A stretch of 64,000 nt of DNA. It comes from Octopus sinensis (taxonomy: Eukaryota). Positions 53,958-64,000 of this stretch are shown here, in pieces. The notes under the pieces are model-generated. The model made no database searches. It had not been told where the DNA came from and saw nothing but the letters and a program-made list of their open reading frames with translations. Position numbers and translations under genes: made by a program. The stretch's first letter is position 1. Every line of letters starts with the position of its first letter. The stretch covers positions 35,402,001-35,466,000 of the forward strand of contig NC_043015.1 in assembly GCF_006345805.1 (NCBI RefSeq). Reading direction: 5' to 3'.

Positions 53958-56900
53958 GAGAGAGAGAGAGATAGAGAGACATAGTATATATTGACAGATA
54001 TATGTATATACATATGTCGCTCTTATACTCTTTCAGTTATTTCAATGTGGCGATAGTGGATCACCGCCTTTAGTCAAGCAAATCAACCCCAGGAATTATT
54101 CTTTGTATGCCTATTACTTAACGTATAGGTCTCTTTTGCAGAACCGATATGTTCGATGTACTGATTAAGGAGGTATTTATTTATTGTAAGAACTTCAATT
54201 ATCATAAATTATGGGCTAGGAAAATACTAGAAACTTTTTTGAAATACCTATTGGGGCTCCTTATGTGTGTGGGACTGTTTTTATTTATGTAGCAACTCTG
54301 GAAGATGTTATCTAGTTATCTCCCTTCCGAGAGTTAATTTCGTTAAATATTATTTTATTATTGTTGAATCATAAAATTCAAGGGAAGTAACTGTAGAAGA
54401 TACTTTGTGGTTATCTCCCTTAAGTATGTAGTTATCGTAATATACACTTTGTCGCTGTTAGACTCTCAGTTATTTCACTGTGACCGTGGTGGAGCACCGC
54501 CTTTAGTCAAGCAATTCAACCACATGAATTATTCTTTGTATGCCTATTTCTTACAGTATAGGTCTCTTTTGCAGAACCGATAAGTTACGGGGACGTAATG
54601 TTCGATGTACTGATTTAGTAGGTATTTATTTATTGTAAGAACTTCAATTATGGGCTATGAAAGATACTAGAAACTTTTTTGATAGACCTATTGGGACTGT
54701 TTTTATTTATGTGAGTATGGGTATTTTCATTTCAGTCTTTGTGTTTGTGTGAATGTTTTTATTTCTGTGTGTACGTGTGTGTGAGCGACTGTGTTTTTAT
54801 TCGTTTGTGTGTGTGCGACAATTACAGCTACAACAAACACTTTAAGCATCTCTAAGATACCCACATTTGCAGATCACTAACTGCTAAATGAAAATAAGTT
54901 CAATTTATTGCGACTTCAGATTTGCGATTGTTAAGCACCCAATGCTCCCTGTATCTACATACTTGGATCGGCCATAATTGGCCTCATTCGGAGATCTCTC
55001 GGGTGTGGAATATTTATGACTATAGAAGTGAACCTGTTACAGGTTTTGTTTATGGCTTAACTTTTGTAGATTTTGGGAAGTCTATAGATGTTACTGGCTT
55101 TGCAGTCAAATCTAGTCAAGCAATTTGTCTCCTTTTTGTTAAATCGTTTTGGAAATGGTGGATACGAGTAGACAGTTTGGTTATTCTTAGCGGTTCGGCA
55201 AAAGAGAATAAGTTAGAATAAATACTAGGTTTACAAAGAATAAGTGCTGCGGACGATGTGCTCGACTAAAGGCGGCGCTCCAGTTGTTTCCCTTTCATAG
55301 AGAAACCTTGCATCTGTATGTCCGATGGTTCGTGCGTGCATGGTCGTGTGCCATTCGAGTGCGAACACAGACAGACACACACACACACACACATATATAT
55401 AAACATATATACGACGGGATTCTTTCAGTTTCCTTTCACCAAATCCAATCACAAGGATTTGGTCGACCCGGGGCTACTTTAGAAGACAATTGGACAAGAT
55501 GCGAGGCAGTGTGAATGAAACTGAAACCATGTGGTTCGTAAGCAAACTACTTACCACATAGCCATTCGTGCGCCGATTTTCATATATACGACGGGCTTCT
55601 TTCAGTTTCCCTCTACCAACCCTACTCAGAATACATTGGTCGGCCCGGGGGTATAGTTGAATACACTTGCCGAAGGTGCCACGCTGTTGGATTGAATCCA
55701 GCACATTGAGGTTGGTGAGCAAACACTCTCACACACAATCGCGCGCGCAAATAGACACAGAGATGAAAGCACACATATTGGCTGACCCACACACTCATGC
55801 AATTTCTTGGGAGTGTCACGGTTTTAAGGTCAACATATTTCAAACATAAAATAGCTTTGCATGTATCTATGTGCATGAGTGCGGAAGTGTGGGTTTTTGT
55901 GCGTGTGTGAGCACAGACCACACATACCCAAGGTGGTCGCATCGGCTAATGTGACACAACCGGGAAAGTCTGTTTCACCCAGACATGCACATACAGATAT
56001 ACGTGTATATACCCACGCATGTATATGTAGTGTTTAAAACAAAAAAGAAACTGTAAGGGATGGAACGGGAGTTCTTTCCATTTTATTAAGAAAACTTGCA
56101 TCTGTATGTGTGATAGTACGTGCGTGCATTCTCGTGTGCCCTTCGAGTTCGAACAAACACACACACACACACATTTAAACATATATACGATGGGATACTT
56201 TCAGTTTCCTTCCACTAAATCCAATCACAAGGATTAGGTCGGCCCTGGGGTACAGTAGTAGACAATTGCATAAGATGACAGGCAGTGGGAGTGAACACCA
56301 AACCATGTACAACATAGCCATTCCTACGCCGGTAATCGTATATACGACGGGCTTCTTTCAGTTTCCCTCTACCAACTCCACTCAGAATACTTTGGTCGGC
56401 CAAGGCTATAGTTGAATACACTTATCGAAGGTGCAACGCTGTTGGTTTAAACTCAGCGCATTGCGGTTCGTGAGCAATCATTCTCACAGAAATGCGCGCG
56501 CAAATAGACACAGAACGTCATGGTTTTAATGTCAACATGTTTAAAACATAAATATCTACGAGTGTGTGAGCACAGTCCACCCATACCCAAGTTTGTTGCA
56601 TTGTCTTATGGGACCCAGCCGCGAAAGTTCCGGACCCCATTAATGAACTCATTTGCATACAAACAATTAGGGCTCACCTTGAACTTGTCCAGTTAACAAA
56701 CAGTAGTGTCTGAATGGGAATTAGCTTGCTTACCTTACAAATGTTTTCGAGTTCTGTCCCACTGGGTGGCACGTTGGGCAAATGTCTTCTACTAGCATAT
56801 AGACTCGAGGCGATAATAACTATGTCTCGAGTCTATATGATATAAATATTCCAAATCCACCACTCTCGCGTGGTTTTCTCCGCAGTAAATATAAACTAGA

Positions 56901-58989
56901 TAGATATTTATATATATGTTTCTGTGTCCCCAAAACCGCTTGACAACCGATGCTGGTATTTTTTCACTCTAGTAACTTCGGGAAAAGACGATCAATAAAT
57001 AAATTCTAGACTGTCATAGAGTTAGTCCTAGTGTCGATTTGCTCTAGAAAATGCTGTGCTCCAGCATGGGCACAGTGAAATGACTAAACAAGGAAAAGCG
57101 TAAAAGTGTGTGTGTCACGTCTGCATAATATATTCTAGAGCTACTTCCCTAGGAAATTATAATTTAACAAAAGTAAAATAATTATATGTAAGGAAAGTAA
57201 CTCTGGAAGATGTTATCTAGTTATCTCCCTTCCGAGTGTTAAATTCCTAGCATTTTATTTTATTATTGTTAAATTTTATTATTTAAGGGAAGGTAACTGT
57301 AGAAGATACTCTGTAGTTATCGTAATATAGACTTTGTCGCTCTTTGACTCTTTCAGTTATTTCACTGTGACCATGGTGGAGCACCGCCTTTAGTCAAGCA
57401 AATCAACCCCAGCAATTATTCTTTGTATGCCTATTACTTAACGTATAGGTCTCTTTTGCAGAACCGCTAAGTTACGGGGATGTAATGTTCGATGTACTGA
57501 TTTAGTAGGTATTTATTTACTGTAAGAACTTCAATTATCATAAATTAGGGGCTAGGAAAAATACTAGAAACTTTTTTGATATACTTATTGGGGCTCCTTG
57601 TGTGTGTGGGACTGTTTTTGTTTATGTGAGTGTGGGTATTTTCATTTCAGTGTTTGTGTGTGTGTGTGTGAGAGAGTGCTTTTTTTTCTGTGTGCGCGAG
57701 TGTGTGAGCGACTGAGTGTTTCTATTTGTTTGTGTGTGTGCGACACTTACAAATGCAGCAAGCACTTTGACCATTTCTAAGATACCCACATTTGAGATCA
57801 CTAACTACTAAATCAAAATAAGTTCAATTTATTGCACCTTTAGTGACTTGAGATGTTGCTCATATTTTTCCCATGTGTCGACAATGTATTAAGTTCACAA
57901 GTGGATAAAAGAAATTCTCATGCTCGCGTGGAGGGGGCTGATATTCTAACTGCGAGTTCAAAGCACCCAATGCCACTTTACATTCTGAATAAATTGTATG
58001 TTTGTGCTAGTTAGGGTTAGGGTTTTATGTGTGAGTGTGTAACTGCGTTTTCATTTCTGTGTGTGGGTGCGTATGTTTGTGTGTGTGTGTGTGTGTTTGT
58101 GCGTATGTTAGTGTGTGAGAGTTTGGATGTGTTACTGTATTTTTCATTTCTATTTGTGTGTGTCTGTGTTTGTGCATGTGTAGGTATGTAACTGTTTTCA
58201 TTTCTGTGTTTGTCCGCGTGTTTGAGTGTGTGAATATGTAGCCGTGTATTTTCATTTGTGTGTTTGTCTTTGTGCGTATGTGAGTGTTTTTGTGAGAATT
58301 CTTTTTCAGTGTTTGTGTGCGTGGGACATTTTATATGTGTGTGTGTGTTGCTATTTTCATTTCAGTGTTTGTGTTTGTGTGAATGTTTTTATTTTTGTGT
58401 GAGCGACTGTGTTTTTATTCCTTTGTGTGTGTGTGCGACAATTACAGCTACAACAAACACTTTAAGCATCTCCAAGATACCCACATTTGCAGATCCCTAA
58501 GTTCTAAATGAAAAGAAGTTAAATTTATTGCACCTTTAGTGACTTCAGATTTGCGAGTGTTAAGCACGCAATGCCTCCCGTATCTACATACCTGGATTGG
58601 CCATAATTGGCCTCATTCGGAGATATCTCGGGTGTGGAATATTTATAACTATAGAAGTTAACTTGTTACAGGTTTTGTTTATGGCTTAACTTTTGTAGAT
58701 TTTGGGAAGTTCATAGATCTTAGTGGCTTTGCAGTGAAATCTAATCAAGCAATTTGTCTCCTTTTTTGTTAAATCGTGTTGGAACTGGTGGATAAGAGTA
58801 GACAGTTTTGTTATTACCTTCGAACGACTGTAGCTGTTGATGTTTTTACTGATACAGGTGTGTTTTACTCCCTGTATTTTAGCGGTTCGGCAAAAGAGAA
58901 CAAGTTAGAATAAATACTAGGCTTACAAAGAAGTGCTGCGGACGATGTGATCGACTAAAGGCGGCGCTCCAGTATTTATTTATTTATTT

Positions 58990-59023
<34 letters not shown>

Positions 59024-59366
59024 CTTACAGATATACGCATATATACAAAGAAAACAAAAACAAAAAAGAAACTTGATTATGTCATTATTACTTTATTACA
59101 GATATTACATGAAACGTATTATATGAAATTATGGGGACGTAGACAGACTAGCGTCCGTTGTGTAGCATTGTTTGGGGACAAACAGACTTCCACCATATCC
59201 AATCACAAGGCTTTGGTCGGCTCGGGGCTATAGTAGATTTTTTAAACGATGCTGGTGTGTTTTCCTCCCTGTATTTCAGCGGCTCGGCAGAAAAGAATAA
59301 GTTAGAATGAATACTAGGCTTAGAAAGAATAAGTGCTGCTGACGATGTGCTCGAAGAAGATAGATT

Positions 59367-59406
<40 letters not shown>

Positions 59407-59429
59407 AAGATATATCAGATATATATAAA

Positions 59430-61200
59430 CTTAGATGTGTTTCGACCAAAGATTGGTCCAGGCTATGTCTAACTTAATAGCACCATTTAATAGGATTATT
59501 CGAATCCTGTTTAAGTCGAGGTTTGTTCAAGTAGTGAGTTCTTGTTGGGTGAGTTGTATCCAGTTTTGTTCAAGTAGTGAGTTCTTGTTGGGTGAGTTGT
59601 ATCCTATTATGGGTGGCTTATCTGGTATTCTTTGAAGGAATCTATCCAGACTCTGTTTGAAGTTGATGGGATCCTTTTCCTCTTTGATCTCTCTTGAGAC
59701 AATGTTAAATAGGGCAGGGCCTGTTGAGGAAAAGAAATTATGTTGCAGTGTACATGTATGTTGTCATCTTGAATTGGGCAGGGGACGTATAGCTCGTGGT
59801 CCAAGTCTTGGATGAACCTTGAAGCTAATGTTTAGGTCGTTTGGGCATAGTTGGCGGTATATTTTCCACATCGTACAAATGATGTACCGCTCACGGCGAC
59901 GCTGGAGGGAGTAAAGTTTCAAGGCTTTACGGCGATCCCAATAATCGAGAGCAGCCATGCCTTCAATTCGTTTAGTGAGAGACCTCTGGGGTGACTCAAT
60001 TCTGGAGATGTTTTGTCTTGTGTGAGACCACAGTGGGCAGCAGTATTCAAGGTGTGGCCGTACAAAGGAGGAAAAAAGTGGTTTGATGACACCTTGTTCT
60101 CTGGACCGGAAAGTTCTTAAGATCCAGGAACTCCTACGAGCTATATCGACCTTCTTGTTGTGCACTCCAACTGAGATCGTCATCAACAATTACACCCAGG
60201 TCTCTGATATTGTTAGAGGCTGTGAGCGGTTCCCCTGAAGGAAGAGAGTATGGCTGTTTTAGTGAGGAGTTTCTTCCAAAATGCATCAGCTCAAATTTTC
60301 CCTCGTTCAGTTGCATTTTGTTTCTGTCTGCCCATTGACTCACAGCATATAGATCAGACTGGAGTTGAGTTCGGTCTGCTTTTTCAATGACGATTTGCTG
60401 GAGCTTGGTGTCATCAGCAAATATTTTCACTTTGCAGTAATGTACGACACTGGAAAGGTCGTTTATGTAGATTATGAAGAGTAGCGGACCCAAGACAGTC
60501 CCCTGGGGGACACCGCTGGTGACTTTTGCTGGGCTTGAGTGGACTCCATCAACTACAACATGTTGTGTTCTATTCGCCAGGAAATACTTGATCCAGTGTA
60601 GAACTTTTCCACGGATTCCAACATTTGCCAATTTTGAGAGTAGGATATTATGGTCTACCCTGTCGAACGCTTTACTGAAGTCAAGATATATGACATCAGA
60701 GTTCGAACCTGTTCCCAAGGCTTTGAGTACATCTTCAATGTGGTGTAAGAGCTGTGTTAGACAGTCCCTGCCTCACCGAAAGCCATGCTGATTTGCATTT
60801 AGGAGTTTTGGGTCTCCAGCAAGTCAGCCATCCTTGATCTTAACACTCTTTCAAACACTTTGATGATGTGGGAGGTGAGTGAGATTGGGCGATAGTTGAG
60901 TGCGAGGGATCTGTTTCCCTGTTTGAAAACCGGGATGACTGACTGGGATAGAAACTGTTTTGGTATATAACCTGCATCTAACGAATTTCTCCAGAGGTTG
61001 GTCAGTGGGACTGCAAGTTGGTGTTTACATTCCTTCAGGAGACTAGCAGGGAATCTATCAGGGCCTACAGCAGAGTAGTATTTGACCTCATTTATTGCTG
61101 CTACGATGTCAGTGGGAGTGAAGGTTATGTCTGCAATTTTGTGTTGGGAGTCATCTTCGTTCGCTTCTCTTACGTCAATATCAGTGGGAACACTAAAGAC
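59430..61200 (-). mobile_element. CR1-group LINE RT fragment, frameshifted and internally deleted
   Basis: ORFs 60799..61317 (VGPD.FP, YRPISLTS), 60134..60718 (YLDFSKAFD, GVPQGTVLGP, FADD) and 59764..60189 (VRPHLEY..W, RRRER). Confidence 0.9.
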
Positions 61201-61894
61201 AGCAGTATTTTTTCTGCAATATATATATATAGAGAAACATGTATATACATATAGATATTTATATATATATGTATATGTGTGTATGTTTCGGTGTCTCCAA
61301 AATCGCTTGACAACCAATGCCGATGTTCTTCACACACCGTTAACTTATCCGTTCGGGAAAAGAAGACCAACAGAATTAATACTAGACTGACGTAAATAAA
61401 AGTCCTAGTGTCGATTTGCTCTGGAAAAGGCTGTGCTCCAGCATTGGCACAGTGAAATGACTAAACAAGGAAAAGAGTAAAAGTGTATGCGTTACGTCTG
61501 AACATTATATTGTAGAGTTAATTAGCTTCCATAATACATTTTGAAAATAGTCGTTACGTAGTTAAATGTAAGGGAGGTAACTTTTGAATATTTTTTAGTT
61601 ATCTCCCTTTCTAGAGTTACTCCCCTTGCATATTATTAATTATTAAATTATAATATGCATGGTAAGTCACTCTACGAAGGAAGATAACTATAAAATCTTT
61701 CAGAGTTACTTCCCTTAAATCTAATTAAATTACTATTACGTATTATTAAATTATGCTATTCAAGGGAAGTAACTCTAGAAAGGGAAATAGGTACAAAATT
61801 ATGCAGAGTTACTTCACTTACATGTAATTACATTACGATTGGTGTTTGGCTTGGTTTTGGATTAGGGTCAGGGTCGGGGTTAGGGTTAGTGTTA

Positions 61895-64000
61895 GCCTCG
61901 TTCACACATCATGCGTCCATACAAACAAGCCTCATTCACACATCATGCGTCCATACAAACATGCCTCGTTCACACATCATGCGTCCATACAAACAAGCCT
62001 CGTTCACACATGCGTCCACACAAAGAAGCCTCGTTCACACGTCATGCGTCCATACACGCCACGTTCACACATAATGCGTCCACACAAACAAGCCTCGTTC
62101 ACACATCGTGCGTCCATACACGCCTCGTTCACACATCATGCGTCCACACAAAGAAGCTTCGTTCACACATCATGCGTCCATTCAAACAAGCCTCGTTCAC
62201 ACATCATGCGTCCACACAAAGAAGCCTCGTTCACACATCATGCGTCCATACAAAGAAGCCTCGTTCACACATCATTCGTCCATACAAACAGGCCTCGTTC
62301 ACACATCATGCGTCCATACATACACGCCTCGTTCACACATCATGCGTCCACACAAACGAGCCTCGTTCACACATCATGCGTCAATTCAAACAAGCCTCGT
62401 TCACACATGCGTCCATTCAAACAAGGCTCGTTCACCCGTCATGCGTCCATACAAACAAGCCTCGTTCACACATCATGCGTCCACACAAACAAGCCTCGTT
62501 CACACATCATGCGTCCATACATACACGCCTCGTTCACACATCGTGCGTCCATTCCAACAAGCCTCGTTCACACATGTGTTCATACAAAGAAGCCTCGTTC
62601 ACACATCATGCGTCTATACAAACAAGCCTCGTTCACACATCATTCGTCCATACAAACAGGCCTCGTTCACACATCATGCGTCCATACATACACGCCTCGT
62701 TCACACATCATGCGTCCCACAAACAAGCCTCCACACATCATGCGTCCACACAAAGAAGCCTCGTTCACACATCATGCGTTCATACAAACAAGGCACGTTC
62801 ACCCGTCATGCGTCCATACAAACAGGCCTCGTTCACACATCATGCGTCCATACAAACAAGCCTCGTTCACACATCATGCGTCCATACATACACGCCTCGT
62901 TCACACATCATGCGTCCACACAAACAAGCCTCGTTCACACATCATGTGTCCATTCAAACAAGCCTCGTTCACACATCATGCGTCCAAACAACCAAGCCTC
63001 GTTCACACTTTATGCGTTCATACAAACAAGCCTCGTTCACACCTCATGCGTTCATGCAAACAAGCCTCGTTCACCGCCATGCGTTCATACAAACAAGGCT
63101 CGTTCACCCGTCATGCGTCCATACAAACAAGCCTGGTTCATACATCATGCGTCCACACAAACAAGCCTCGTTCACACATCATGCGTCCACACAAACAAGC
63201 CTCGTTCACACATCATGCGTCCATACACGCCTCGTTCACACATCATGCGTCCACACAAAGAAGACTCGTTCCCACATCATGCGTTCATACAAACAGGCCT
63301 CGTTCACACATCATGCGTCCACACAAACAAGCCTCGTTCACACATCATGCGTCCATACAAACAAGCCTCGTTCACACATCATGCGTTCATACAAACAAGC
63401 CTCGTTCACACATCTTGCGTTCATACAAACAAGCCTCGTTCACACATTATGCGTTCACACATACACGCCTCGTTCACACATCATGCGTCCACACAAACAA
63501 GCCTCGTTCACACATCATGCGTCCATACAAACAAGCCTCGTTCACACATCATGCGTTCATACAAACAAGCCTCGTTCACACATCATGCGTCCATACAAAC
63601 AAGCCTCGTTCACCCGTCATGCGTCCATACAAACAAGCCTCGTTCACACATCATGCGTCCATACAAATATGCCTCGTTCACACATCATGCGTCCATACAC
63701 ACAAGCCTCGTTCACACCTCATGCGTCCATATACACAAGCCTCGGTCACACATCATACGTCCATACACGCCTCGTTCACACATCATGCGTCCACACAAAG
63801 AAGCCTCGTTCACACATCATGCGTACATTCAAACAAGCATCGTTCACATATCATGCGTCCACACATAGAAGCCTCGTTCACACATCATGCGTCCATAGAA
63901 AGAAGCCTCGTTCACACATCATGCGTCCATACACACAAGCCTCGTTCACACATCATGCGCCCATACACGCCTCGTTCACACACGCTTCCACACAAAGAAG
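61895..64000. repeat. Minisatellite, consensus unit about 34 bp (gcctcgttcacacatcatgcgtccatacaaacaa) with shorter variants; over 2.1 kb and runs off the window
   Basis: Directly visible tandem array. It explains the 586-aa ORF, whose peptide repeats with a 34-aa (three-unit) period. Confidence 0.95.

Larger units (their letters stand above)
51790..61500. repeat. Zone of local block duplications built from SINE-derived and unique modules
   Basis: Block A at about 53025-53460, 54015-54290, 54295-54720 and 57200-57625. Block B at 54812-55282, 58432-58972 and partially 57737-57860. Block C at 51790-52275 and 56468-56795. Block D at 56930-57130 and 61295-61500. Confidence 0.85.

Noticed and set aside
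59436-59465. Hammerhead-like gacca/tggtc-GAAAC on the minus strand at the CR1 3' end
   Set aside because: The CUGAUGA core is missing and no stem I or stem III is evident.
62108-63868. 586-aa His-rich ORF as a real gene
   Set aside because: It is the translation of a 34-bp minisatellite that lacks stop triplets. It has a GTG start, no splice context and frame-shifting unit lengths.

Overview
Eukaryotic, AT-rich, repeat-dense genomic DNA. The SINE/RTE/microsatellite make-up suggests an octopus-like cephalopod (inference, not a database match). The only host gene I can support is an EFHC2 (Rib72-family, DM10/EF-hand ciliary protein) ortholog on the minus strand. Nine coding exons (ATG at 36417 down to 181) splice in frame through GT-AG junctions to about 648 codons, and the 3' end lies left of the window. 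A candidate RFX X-box/forkhead composite site sits about 350 bp upstream of the ATG. The rest is mostly transposon debris: RTE, R4/Dong and CR1 LINEs (one nearly intact), Penelope-like pieces, mariner/Tc1, hAT, a piggyBac-type MITE, a deleted Gypsy LTR element and tRNA-derived SINEs. There is also a multi-kb block-duplication zone (51.8-61.5 kb) and a 34-bp minisatellite running off the right end. The most notable observation is a 728-bp near-perfect palindrome in EFHC2 intron 8. One arm carries a hammerhead ribozyme fold with an intact CUGAUGA/GAAA core in the pre-mRNA sense, and the other arm carries a G5A core-mutant copy.
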